From Octopus sinensis (lineage: Eukaryota), in assembly GCF_006345805.1 (NCBI RefSeq), contig NC_043004.1:39246001-39310000 (forward strand): a stretch of DNA of 64,000 nucleotides, written 5' to 3'. Of the stretch, positions 40,081 through 53,149 are shown piece by piece (position 1 is the first letter of the stretch; the number at the start of each line of letters is the position of its first letter). Made by a program: the position numbers and the translations under genes. The notes beneath the pieces were generated by a model, which did not search any database, was not told where the DNA came from, and saw nothing but the letters and a program-made list of their open reading frames with translations.

Positions 40081-40447
40081 ACTAGCACTATGACCCGGCA
40101 ACGCCTGGTCATAGTTCTAGTGCATGCATATACAGCTGCATGCATGCGCACATACATGCGAGTACTGTCCAAATCTCCGACCAATCACATACAGCTAGCT
40201 GGCATTCAATTGGCGTATCAAATTTCGGGCATTTTGATTGGGACTTGGATAGAAAATTCACAAAAAAAGTCACTTCTATTGATTTTATAATGGCTTTGCG
40301 GGGTGACTGGGGAAATGTAAAGATGTGCATGACCACCCTTGGACGGTTCTGAATGTCCATTGAAAGTGCGAGCCCTGTAACTGAAAAATTGTGGATTAGT
40401 ATAAAGGACACACACACAGACATTTTGCCGTTTATATATAGAGAGAT
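40081..40447 (+). mobile_element. DINE-1/HINE-like non-autonomous element
   Basis: Starts ACTAGCACTATGACCCGGCAACGCCTGGTCATAG (hairpin) and ends CACAGACATTTTGCCGTTTATATATAGAGAGAT. Confidence 0.65.
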
Positions 40448-41379
40448 TCCGCTATGTTTCAAAAAATGATGGTACAGACTCTCAGATATTGCATCGTATA
40501 TTAACTGCGTGTTGGTCAATCAGGATCTATAGAGTAAAATTTTTTGCGCTAAATCTCAACGGCATCTTCTTCACTCTACAATATGTGCTGAAACTTATGT
40601 CAAAGTCTAGAAGTGGAGAGACGAGAGTAACCTGCTCTGCTTCAACATTGTTATTCGCTTTAACATCACCATCATGGTGTAGAGGGGAGATATTACTCTA
40701 CAATAGATATTGAAGTAGATAACATTGGAATGCTTATCGAAAATCAAGAGGAACTGCAAAATATATTCGACAATTTGACACTCTGCTGATAGAATCATAA
40801 CATGATGCTGACAGTGTGCAAATTGAATTTCTTTTTCTTTGCAGAAAACCAACAAAATATTCTGACACATATGATGCACTTTCCTTATCTCAGATTTCTG
40901 TGATTTTACGTGTCTGCTATTGTTGTTGGTAGTCTAGCATGAATAACTGGAGCTGCAAAGAAATTTTGCGATATTTTTCCACTCCTTTAGGAATACTTTT
41001 CTGTTTCAGAAAATCATTTGGTGTTCTGAAAAACACGAAATGATCTATGGTAAGAGATATATAATTAAAATTTGACACATTTCGATTTCAGTGAATAAAA
41101 TGCATGCGTCATAAAACAGCCCCCGCGGGAATAAATGTTTTTCTTGGTAGTTCTTTGCATGCCTATTTACATTATGCATGTGTGCAAGAATGTACAATTA
41201 AGTGGGTCATGTAGATCCATTTATATATAATATGCATACACACATGTATGTATATATATATATATATGTGTGTATATATATATATATATATTATAACGGA
41301 ATAATTACTACGAAACATTGCGTAGAGTATATTCTATAAAGGATTGTGCGTATGACCAAAACTATACGAAATAAAGGCA

Positions 41380-42104
41380 AGGTAAATCACAAGAAAACAA
41401 ATATACGAATTAATGTAGACTTACCTTGTATTTAATATTTCGAGGTTATGACCCCGTTTTCAAGAAATTGATGATTGTTGCCAATGTGCGTGTGTGTGAA
41501 CGTGAGTGGAGTTGACAAGCGAGGAAAGGTGTTGCTATAGCAACCAGCTAGCTTCCTGTAACTCTTTTTTCTATTGTTGATCTTAGGTTTCTTTTGGTGT
41601 ATGAGGATGGCCTCAGAGCTTCTAAAGTTGCCCCTGTTCCGCTGTGTTGCTTTGATATGCACTGTGAATTCCCGGGTCTGACATTTCCGTAGATATTTTT
41701 TCACAGAAGTGTCTCCTTGCATGCGTTCCTTAATGCGTACGTGCAGTTTCCTTGTCGTGCTTCCTATGTTAGGATGCGCCACATTTGCCACAGATGATTC
41801 CATATACAACATAAGCCCTCTGACACAATTCATGGTCATTGATGGGGCAGTTCGATAATGTGCACTTCTCGGAGTAGTGAAAGGTGTTGTTCTTGGACAG
41901 AGCTATTCTCAGGGAAGGGCCAGCGTGCACTATCTGTATGTCGAATCCTTCCCTGCGGACTGCGTGTTTTATTGCTGCAGTAATTCTGTCGTCAAAGTGT
42001 GGTAGCTTTAGAAAACACGTGCGGGACTTGGGAGTATGGTGGTTCTTCTGGGGTTTATTGACCTTGGTGTACTTTAGACGCTGAACATTAGTTTCAAGGT
42101 TCAT
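41380..42104 (-). mobile_element. Penelope-like element 3' fragment with GIY-YIG endonuclease
   Basis: KLPHFDD...CQRAYVVYGIICGKCGAS-[1-nt insertion]-(Y)IGSTTRKLHVRIKE...EAILIHQKKPKIN; followed by a pLTR-like tail. Confidence 0.88.
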
Positions 42105-42470
42105 CGAAGGCTGGGACCATGGGCCATACGTCCCCTGCCCAATGCAGGATCACCACATATAGGTACACAGTGACATAATTTCTTTTCCTCAACAGGTCCT
42201 GCCCTGTTTAACATTGTCCCAAAACTGATCGAAGAGGTAAAAGGATCCCATCACCTTTAAACGGTGTCTGGAGAGTTTTCTTCAAGGAATACCAGATAAG
42301 CCACTCATACCTCGATACAACTCACTCAACGAGAACTCACTAAGTTAATGGACCATAAACAAAACTTGACTTAAAAAGGATTTAGATCATCCTTTCAGGT
42401 GGTGCTATATTAAGTTAGACATGGCCTGGACCATTCTAACTTAGATATGAGTTTATCTAAGTTTATATAA
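42105..42470 (+). mobile_element. CR1-group LINE 3' end (related to 62880-64000)
   Basis: RLGPWAIRP...GPALFNIVPK...FLQGIPDKP; 3' UTR CAGGTGGTGCTATATTAAGTTAGACATGGCCTGG. Confidence 0.8.
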
Positions 42471-42761
42471 AAAAAAACCTAAGCAAGAATATTAGCAACA
42501 GCATCTCTAACCTATTGTTAAATATACATATTTCCAGTAAAATCAAGCGGACAGAGAGAAATCTCTAACACGTTTAGGACCCTGTACCTTCTACCATGAA
42601 AAGTTGTGTGAAAATCATCGTGTCGAAAAACCCAAGTCCAAGCTAACATAATTCAATTTGACTCATAGCTAAGTAATAAACCATTCAACGTTACAGGAAA
42701 TTGTCCGCCAAACATGAAAAATATAATTACATGATATTCGATCGAATAAAATACAAAATTA

Positions 42762-43217
42762 GGATCTTTTCGGTTTGAACGGCAGTTTTTTCTAGCGGTG
42801 TCATATGAAATTATCACCCACAGTTATGACCCTAGTATCGATCTATTGCATTTCAATCTGTTTTAGGGTTAGATACGGTTAGTTAGGGTTAGTTAGAGTT
42901 AGGACTAGGGGTGGGGGGAAGGGTATCTTCTTTTCTTCGCAAATGTAAATAAACCCAATCTGTTTCTTAAACGAGGGACATATTCATACGGCACAGAATG
43001 TTTTTTACCTTAATAGACGGTCATTGATTGGTTGAAATTGCAGAAATTGAAGAAATTGAAGAAAAAAACAACAAATGTCTTACAAATTATGCAATTTTCT
43101 CAATAAAGCCAAGAGAAAAAGATGTTTTATAAATAGATTCTATCAGTATCCGAAGTTTAAAATTTTTTAGTTACCTAGAAATTATGTTTAAAACTGCCGT
43201 TCAAACCGAAAAGATCC
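42762..43217 (-). mobile_element. MITE with (TTAGGG)-like tract, copy 3
   Basis: Same TIRs, opposite orientation; the flanks do not form a TSD. Confidence 0.9.
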
Positions 43218-43480
43218 TAGAGACTAAGCGTTATGTCTGAATGGCGCGAATGGCATTCAACTGCTGCTGACTTATGATGTAAAGTTTTTGCTTATAGATA
43301 TGTTATGATTATGTTATAGAATAGAAGATTGTTGACAACCACTATACCACATGTTTATGAATATGCGTTTGTACTTAAATATACACGCATGCGTACATAC
43401 ACTACGGCACAGCAGACACATAGATAATTTGATGGCAGATAGATAGATAGAAACATACATATATACATACATACATACAT

Positions 43481-44486
<1,006 letters not shown>

Positions 44487-44504
44487 AGATACATAGATAG
44501 ATAG

Positions 44505-44696
44505 CAGACGCCATGATAGATCGTTAGTCAATACACACACTTTTTTCTCTCCTTGTTTTTTCTGTGTACATTTCTGTAGAAGAGCGTAGGCTCGAAACGT
44601 AAGACTTTTTCTATTCATGAGCGTTATACTAATACATCTGTTTGTTTTGTACACCACCTGTCTTCGTCTTTTGTTTTTTTTTTCGTAAACTTTACC
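44505..44696 (+). mobile_element. PLE pLTR-like non-coding repeat with degenerate hammerhead core
   Basis: CTGTAGA-A-GAGC-gtag-GCTC-GAAACGTA at 44574-44601; GATA on both flanks. Confidence 0.45.
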
Positions 44697-44739
<43 letters not shown>

Positions 44740-45440
44740 AGTCAGTCAGTCAGTGAGAGGGAGAGGCTAGGGAATGATTGAAAGATAGCTGAATGTATGT
44801 TTATATAAAACACAGACATACGATCCTGTAAGTGAATATACCAATAGATATATGTGTGACCATGTATCAGGATAGGTACATATGCGTGTATATGTATTTC
44901 CGCCTCGGTGTGTATGTGCGCGTGAGTGTGTGGTGTGTGGTGTGTGTGTGTGTGTGTGTGTGTGTCTGTGTGTGTTGTGTGTGGTGTGGTGTTGTGTGTG
45001 TGTGTGTGTGTTGTGTGTGTGTTGTGTGTGTGCGTGTGCTAGTGTCGAGAGAGGGAGTTTGAATTGTCGAAATGGAACAATCAAACTACTCCTCAACTAT
45101 TTCAAAGTCACATCTCTGTATATACAGTCTGTCCGTCCAAATCGATATCTGTGGTAGCTTAATGTCTGTTTTATGTCTGAAATTTAATGTTTTAAGTATA
45201 GCGACATCGCGTTACTTCAAATCGTCTAAATTTGAAGTTACGTCTACAGTTTGTATATGGATACTTATGCGGAAATGCTTCTGTGTTTACGACAATGCAT
45301 CTTAGTGTGTGTTTTTATACAAGCATGCATATGTATACGCGTATACATATATAAATATGTATGGATATACATTAATATATATCCATGCATATATGTATGT
45401 ATACATATACGTATACAAATACATATACAAATGCATATAC

Positions 45441-45482
<42 letters not shown>

Positions 45483-45622
45483 ATAAGTATATCTAGCTCT
45501 ATTTCTATATATATGGATTAATATATATAATAATGTATATATGTATATATATATTTAAATATATATGTATGTATGTTTGTATATATGTATATGCATGCAT
45601 AGATATACAAATATATGCTATA

Positions 45623-45680
<58 letters not shown>

Positions 45681-45782
45681 TAAATTATATATATACACAT
45701 GTATGTATATATCAATATGCATGTATACGTTTGTAAGTATAAATATATATATATACATATATTATAATAATATATATATATC

Positions 45783-45813
<31 letters not shown>

Positions 45814-46069
45814 GAGAGTTTCTGTGTTTGTGTGTATGTTTGTCGGTGTATAGTTGTGGATTTTCTGACGATATACGCATGGTTTGTTATAACCGAATGT
45901 TTCTTGAAGTTTTCAGACTTAAATTTAACTGATATTCCATATCAATATTCACGCAGCGTTATGCAGAACGTCTGCTGTCAGAGACCACTTTGTTATTGCT
46001 TGTTACTCTAGTAGTAGTAGTAGTAGTAGTTATTGCTGTTACTGCTATTTTTGTTACTGCCGTCTTTTA

Positions 46070-46202
46070 TAACTGATGATGATGTTGTTCGCCGTGGTGG
46101 TAGTATTTGTCGTGGTGGTGAAGGTGGTTGTATTTGTAATTATAGCGCCGATATGGTTGAGCGCATGAGCTGATGAGCTTCATCATCATCATCAACATCA
46201 TC

Positions 46203-46248
<46 letters not shown>

Positions 46249-46520
46249 CCATCACTATCCACCACTACCACTACCACCACTACCATCACCATCATCATCG
46301 TCATCATCAGTTATCATCATCATCATCATTGTAGTTGTCTTCATAATCATCGCCATCATCACCATAATCATTATTATCATCCCTATCATCACCATGATTA
46401 CCGTCGTCTTATTTATCACCATTCCCATCTGTGTCATCATCGTCATCATTATCAGCAGCAGCATCCACCATCACCACCACCACTACCACCACCGCCGCCA
46501 CCACCACCACCACCACCACT
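46070..46520. repeat. (CAT)/(CAC)/(GAT) trinucleotide array
   Basis: Direct reading. Confidence 0.9.
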
Positions 46521-46708
46521 ACACCGCTACCCCCATGATCATCCTCTGGTATGATAACGCTTTATTGATTGCTGGTTGCCACGGCTATGAACAGTATAAA
46601 GCACTTGTGTTCATCCCTCTCCAAGCTAATTGATATTTATTCATACTCTATGTTTTTTTACAATCAATCCTTACTTATAAGTATTTGAATTCGAAAGCTG
46701 AAATATTA

Positions 46709-47918
46709 CCGGAAATCCTCGAGTATAATCCGCATTACCCCACCCCCAAATTTAAAGGTCAAAATCCTAGGGCGTACTATATACGAGGTTAGAATTGAAA
46801 ATTATTTTCTAAGCAATGTCCGAGTCTCTATTTGCTGTCTGGCAATGTGTATTCAGACGCATTTTGTGATGTCAGGCGCGAAAATACCTTAAGATAAGCT
46901 TGAAAGCGATGAGGTCATAAAACGATCAACCTAAACTTGCAGTAGGCATCATTTATTAAACGTTATTACTGTTATTTCTTTATTTTCTGAAAACAAAATG
47001 CACAAAAAAGCTACACGCTTGCATTTTGTTATATATACAATAATAATAAAGGACGTTACCGTATACATTTTACAAACCAAAGACGCTATATAGACCTCAT
47101 TGACTCAAGTTAGACATGGTTTAGGTTTTTCAGACGCAGCGTTCGCTCGCACTTTGACGCCCGCGTTTACCCGTTTTAGCCCGCCTCTCGACGTCCGCCT
47201 TTGCCCGCCTATTGACGCCCGCCTTTCAACGCTCGTAGGTTCGTCCTCTCGCAATCGAACTTTTTTTTAGGGGGCTGCACACCACCCGCCTTTCAGACGC
47301 TGCGTTCGCTCGCCCGTTGACGCCCGCGTTTGCCCGCTTTAGCCCGCCTTCGCCCGCCTTTTGAGGCTCGCGTTCGACCGCCTCTTCAGTCCGCCTTCGC
47401 CCGCCTCTGGACGGTATGCAGCCCCCGAAAAATCCCTTGTGTACTATACTCAAGGGGGATCATTTCGGTTTGAACGGTAGTTTTTCTAGCGGTGTCATAT
47501 GAAATTGTCACCCATAATTGTGAGCCTAGTATCGATCTATTGCATTTCAATCTGTTTTAGGGTTAGGGTTAGTTAGGGTTAGGGTAAGGAGTGGTGAGAA
47601 GGGTATCTTTCTTTCTTCACAAATGTAAATAAACCCAATCTATTTCTTAAATGAGGGACATATTCATACGGTACAGAATGTTTTTACCTCAATACACGTC
47701 ATTGATTGGTTGAAATTGCAGAAATTGAAGACAAAAAACAACAAATATCTTATAATCTATACAATTTTCTCAATAAAGCTGAGAGAAAAAGATGTTTTAT
47801 AAACACATTCTACCAGTATACGAAGTTCAAATTTTTTAGTTACCTAGAAATTATGTTAAAAACTGCCGTTCAAACTGAAAAGATCTTTCAAGAGCGGAGT
47901 ATACTCGAGGCTTTACGG
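46709..47918. mobile_element. Non-autonomous Tc1/mariner-superfamily (pogo-like) DNA transposon
   Basis: 26-bp TIRs CCG(G/T)AAA(T/G)CCTCGAGTATA(A/C)TCCGC with TA on both flanks (46707-46708, 47919-47920); contains a nested MITE. Confidence 0.8.
47457..47886 (-). mobile_element. MITE with (TTAGGG)-like tract, copy 4, nested
   Basis: TIRs with a few mismatches; flanks CTCAAGGG / TTCAAGAG (6/8). Confidence 0.9.
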
Positions 47919-48129
47919 TAAGTAGAGTCTCAGACGAAATTTTCCTCTGGTAATTCTTTAATGTCACTTTATTTTCGCAGTTAAAAACCCACCGTCTTTC
48001 ATCTTTTAAAGACGATAAGTTAAATTATCAATCAAACAAGTGAGGCAGACAAAAACGAGTCGCCTTCACTGACAACGTCTGTGTTTTTGTGTCAAGTATT
48101 AGACATCCTTGCTGTTGTCATCGTTATTA

Positions 48130-48365
48130 TTCTTTTATTCTTTTTACTTGTTTCAATCATTTGACTGCGGCCATGCAGGGGCATCGCCTAGAAGAATTTT
48201 TCAGTCGAACAAATCGACACCAGGACTCTATTCTTTAAGCCTGGTGCTTATTATATCGGTCTCGCTTTGTCGAATCGCTATGTTACGGTAGGTAAACACA
48301 CTAACATCGGTTGTCAACCGGTAGTGGGGGGACAAACACACATAAAGACACACATATTGATATAT

Positions 48366-48400
<35 letters not shown>

Positions 48401-48819
48401 AGAAAGAAAATTATTTAAAAACGCACAGAGTGGCTGTGTGGTAAGTAGCTTACTAACCAACCACATGGTTCCGGGTTCAGTCCCACTGCGTGGCATCTTG
48501 GGCAAGTGTCTTGTGCTATAGCCCCGGGCCCACCAATGCCTTGTGAGTGGATTTGGTAGACGGAAACTAAAAGAAGCCTGACGTATATTTGTATATATAT
48601 ATGTTTGTGTTTGTGTGTCTGTGTTTGTCCCCCTAGCATTGCTTGACAACCGATGCTGGTGTGTTTACGTCCCCGTCACTTAGCGGTTCGGCAAAAGAGA
48701 CCGATAGAATAAGTACTGGGCTTACAAAGAATAAGTCCTGCGGTCGATTTGCTCGACTAAAGGCGGTGCTCCAGCATGGCCGCAGTCAAATGACTGAAAC
48801 AAGTAAAAGAGTAAAAGAG
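48130..48819. mobile_element. Two SINE family A copies in inverted orientation (48130-48345 -, 48422-48819 +)
   Basis: Shared body and tail motifs on opposite strands around (TA)n. Confidence 0.88.
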
Positions 48820-48843
48820 AAAAAAAAAAGATTAAAGAGGAGT

Positions 48844-49082
48844 TTTGTATAATTAAAGTTATGCTAATATTAAGATCATAATGAATCAAAAAGTTGTATT
48901 ACAACATTATCTATCAAACTGGGAATACCGGTTTCGCGTTTTATGCTTATCAAACTTCAGAGATTTCAGATGTTGATAAGCGTAAGACGCGAAACCGTTA
49001 CTCCCAGTTTATAATATAATGTTGTAATACAACCCTTTGTTTCATTATGATCTTAATATTAGCACAAATTTCATTATACAAA
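48844..49082. repeat. Long palindrome, about 110-bp arms and 17-nt centre
   Basis: Arms align at roughly 85-90% by eye. Confidence 0.92.
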
Positions 49083-49177
49083 CCTCCTGTGCGTTTTTAC
49101 ATATTTTTCTTTCTTAATTATTTACCACGAGTAAACAAGATCTGATACGTTTCTGTTTTTTTATATATAGAAGGGAG

Positions 49178-49441
49178 CACTAGAAGTTACGACGACGAGG
49201 GTCCCAGCCGATACGATCAACAGAACAGCTTGCTCGTGAAATTAACGTGCAAGTGGCTTAGCACTCCACAGACACGTGACCCTTAACGTAGTTCTCAGGG
49301 AGATTCAGTGTGACACAAAATTTGAGAATGCTGGCCCTATGAAATACAGGTACTACTCATTTTTGCCAGTTGAGTGGACTGGAGCAACGGGAAATAAAGT
49401 GTATTTTCAAGGATACAACGCGTCGTGAGCCACGCGCCTTC
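49178..49441 (-). mobile_element. SINE family C (head partly deleted)
   Basis: Tail and core motifs, GAGCCACGCGCCTT end. Confidence 0.85.
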
Positions 49442-49460
49442 ACTATATATATATATATAT

Positions 49461-50329
49461 ATACTAAGCAATAAAGGGTTTAGCAACGAATTGCCTTACC
49501 ACATACCGAATTTAGAAATAGCAGTCAAAGAGTTATAGCTATTTCTTCTACTAAAAAGGGAGATCTCAGCAAAAACAGCAATTGGAAGGCAGACACAAAC
49601 AGGTAAGAGAGAATGAATTGACGGCAATCTATCATACAATTTTAAGTTATCTACGGACGTACGTTTCGAAATCAAGTTTTTAGGAAAGCATAAGAATTAA
49701 ATATTAATAATTCTATCTTACCAAAAACTTCTTTTCTCTTCAGCGTAGAATACTATAATCATAAATGATTATATATTGAATTTTGAGATACTAGAAGGCA
49801 CCAACTCAACTCAGTATCAGAGCGAGCTAGAATCCGCAACTAGTATCACCAAATTCAATGTGTGAATGGAAAGATTGTGTCACCAGCCCCTTCCCACCCG
49901 CGTGTAGCCAAAACAAGATGCTGTGGTCATCTACTGAGATAAAATATGGTTATCCGTAATAATGAAGGGTGAAATTAATTAATTTGGAATAATTATCAAT
50001 TACACCAAGTAGTCTTCGGCATGTAAAAGCCTCATTCGAGGAAAATTTAAGTAATACTAAGCAATAAAGGGTTTAGCAACGAATTGCCTTACCACATACC
50101 GACTTTAGAAATAGCAGTCAACGAGTTATAGCTATTTCTTCTACTAAAAAGGGAGATCTCAGTAAAAACAGCAATTGGAAGGCAGACACAAACAGGTAAG
50201 AGAGAATGAATTGACGGCAATCTATCATACAATTTTAAGTTATCTACGGACGTACGTTTCGAAATCAAGTTTTTAGGAAAGCATAAGAATTAAATATTAA
50301 ATAATTCTATCTTACCAAAAACTTCTTTT
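49461..50329. mobile_element. Non-coding element with 275-bp terminal direct repeats (49461-49735, 50054-50329)
   Basis: The repeats differ at 4 positions; about 318-bp interior; (TA)n on both flanks; no TG...CA ends. Confidence 0.75.
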
Positions 50330-50331
50330 AT

Positions 50332-50373
<42 letters not shown>

Positions 50374-50449
50374 ATATACATATATAAAATAATGTATTTA
50401 TATATATATGTATATATATATGTGTATATATATATATATATATCTATAT

Positions 50450-50512
<63 letters not shown>

Positions 50513-50602
50513 TTCACTATATATATATAATATATATATTATATATATACATATATACATATATATATACATATATTATATAAATACATTATTTTATATA
50601 CG

Positions 50603-50634
<32 letters not shown>

Positions 50635-50692
50635 AGTATATATATATACATTTCCACGTGTATTTAATATTTTCTTTCGTACATATTTCTAC

Positions 50693-50725
<33 letters not shown>

Positions 50726-50869
50726 TATATATATATAATATATATATATAATATATATATATATATTATATATATATATATATAATACATAATATATATA
50801 TATATATAAAAATATAAATAAGGGTAGAAATTGATATTAATCAATTAAAACCAGTGGTCTAGTATATTT

Positions 50870-51380
50870 TAAAAAATCCGAAGATTAAAGACTTCTTTCA
50901 GTTTCCGTCCGCCAAATCCACTCACTAGGCTTTCGTCAGCCCGAGGGTGTAGTAGAATACTCCTGCCTAAGGCGCTCCGATGTGGGACTGAACGCAGAAT
51001 CATGTGCCTGGGAATCAAGCTCCTTGGGACGCATCCTTTATTTGTTGCAGTCACTAGGCTGCGGCTATGTCGGGGTACTGTCTGGAAGAACTTTTAGTTG
51101 AATGAATCGACCCCATTTTTTTAAAGCCTGGTAATTATTAAGACGTAAGCATGCCAACACCGGTTTTCAAGCGGTAGTTATTCATTAACACATACACAAA
51201 GACATATATATATATATCTTACGACAAGCTTCTTTCAGTTTCCGTCTACCAAATCCACTCATGAGGCTTTGGTCGGCCCGAGCCTAAAGAAGAAGACACT
51301 TGCCCAAGGTACGACGCAATGGGACTGACCCTTTAACCATGTGGTTGAGAAGCAAGCTTCTCACCACACAACCACTCCTA
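50870..51380 (-). mobile_element. Fragments of two or three SINE family A copies
   Basis: CTTTCAGTTTCCGTC..CCAAATCCACTCA motifs at about 50895 and 51235. Confidence 0.75.
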
Positions 51381-51722
51381 GGACTGGTGTTTACGCTGCT
51401 TTTGCTACGGCTTCTGATGCTGGAGGGTTTTTAATAACTAAATACTTTGTGGTAATTTACTGACGTTCTATATTAAAATCTTCTCTTCTCTGAGATCAAT
51501 AAACAATATACTAGTCAAATGCTGATTTCTTTTCTTTCTTTTTTTTTTGTGGTATACCAAAATGTGATATTGTGCTAATAAAATACATTATTGCGAGACG
51601 ACGAGGAAAGAGAGACATTAGAAAGACAACAAAATCCATTAGTCTGTTTAGTTGCTTCTCTTGCTAACCCCATAATTTCGATATTTAGTGTATTGTCTAT
51701 ATGAGTCCTTCGTGACTAATAA

Positions 51723-51804
<82 letters not shown>

Positions 51805-51844
51805 GTATTATTATTATTATTGTCATTATTACTATTATGACTAT

Positions 51845-52060
51845 GGAGGCGGTGAGCTGACAGAATCGTTAGCACGCCGGACAAAAAGGTCCAACGTTAT
51901 TTCGTCCGCGTTTACGTTCTGAGTTCAATTTGTGCTGAGGTCGATTTTGCCTTTCAGCCTTTCGGATTTGATAAATTAAGAATCAGTTGACGACTGGGGT
52001 CGAAGTAAATGATTTCCAATCCTTCCAGAAAATGCTGGTCAAAATGTGAAACCATTATTA
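51845..52060 (+). mobile_element. SINE family B, decayed
   Basis: GGCGGTGAGCTGACAGAATCGTTAGCACGCCGG head. Confidence 0.8.
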
Positions 52061-52194
52061 TCATTTGATGAAAATTCTGTTTATTAGTATGTGATGGGTA
52101 TGATGGAAAGTGTCTATTATTATTATTATCATTATTATTATTATTATTATTATTAAGAAGAAGTAGTAGTAGTAGTAGTGGTAGTAGTGGTGGT

Positions 52195-52262
<68 letters not shown>

Positions 52263-52384
52263 AAGAAGAAGAAGAAGAAGAAGAAGAAGAAGAAGAAGAA
52301 GAATCTATTATGTGTATATGAAGAACGATTATGATAAGGGCGGACAATTTAAGATAGGAGAGACAGAGAAAAATGATGGCTCTA

Positions 52385-52945
52385 GATGACGAAATGGGAT
52401 TTAAAACTGGAAACAGAGGCTCTAATCTGTGCTACTCAAGAGCAAGTACTAAGGACAAACTACATAAAATACAGAATGGACAACACAGCAGAAAGTGATA
52501 AGTGCAGAATCTGTGGACAAAACGGTGAAAAAGTATGACATATTACCAGCCATTGTACGCCACTAGCTCCGAAGGAATATAAGAGACGTAACGACAATAT
52601 AGCTAGGCTTGTCCATTGGACACTCTGCAACAAGTATGGACTTGACAGAGCAAAAAACTGGTACGACCACAAACCTGAAGGCGTCGTCGAAAATAGAAAT
52701 GCAAAGATCCTACAGGATTTTATGATTCAGTGCGACCATGAGATAGGGAATAGGAAGCCGGACATGGTCTTAATTGAGAAAGAAAACAAACTATGCTGGA
52801 TCATTGATATAACATGCCCAGCTGACAACAATGTATGCGATAAGGAAGAAAGAAAAGTGGAGAGATATGAGAGGTTAGCTTGGGAAGTTAATCAGTTGTG
52901 GTCGATGAAAAAAAAGGTAGCAGTAGTACCAATAATTGACGGTAG
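52385..52945 (+). pseudogene. R4/Dong-like non-LTR element C-terminus: CCHC finger plus restriction-like (PD-D/ExK) endonuclease
   Basis: ETEALICATQEQVL...CRICG...HITSHC...HWTLC...WYDHKP...RKPDMVL...IID..CPAD...KE..K..RYE.L. Confidence 0.88.
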
Positions 52946-53149
52946 TCTTCCTCTTTGGCTAAGTCCTGATATTTCTCAATTTTCGTTATTTCTTTATTAT
53001 GATATGGTATTGCAAGGTCTACGACCTTTTCCCTTTTTTATCCTCTATAGTTATATCTGGTCTTCTTGTTTTAATGCTACGGACAAGTTGAGAAGTTTAT
53101 ATGTGGAGAAATACCAAATATTCTTATAAATATCATTCTCTAGCACAGC

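Noticed and set aside
40640-40900. Strong acceptor TTTTTCTTTGCAG at about 40845
   Set aside because: The surrounding frame resembles a decayed RT segment (EELQNIFDNL), and downstream frames close quickly.
50015-50050. Hammerhead-like CGAATGA-GGC...GCC-GAAG (minus strand)
   Set aside because: U4, G5 and the GAAA box are all altered; not compensatory.
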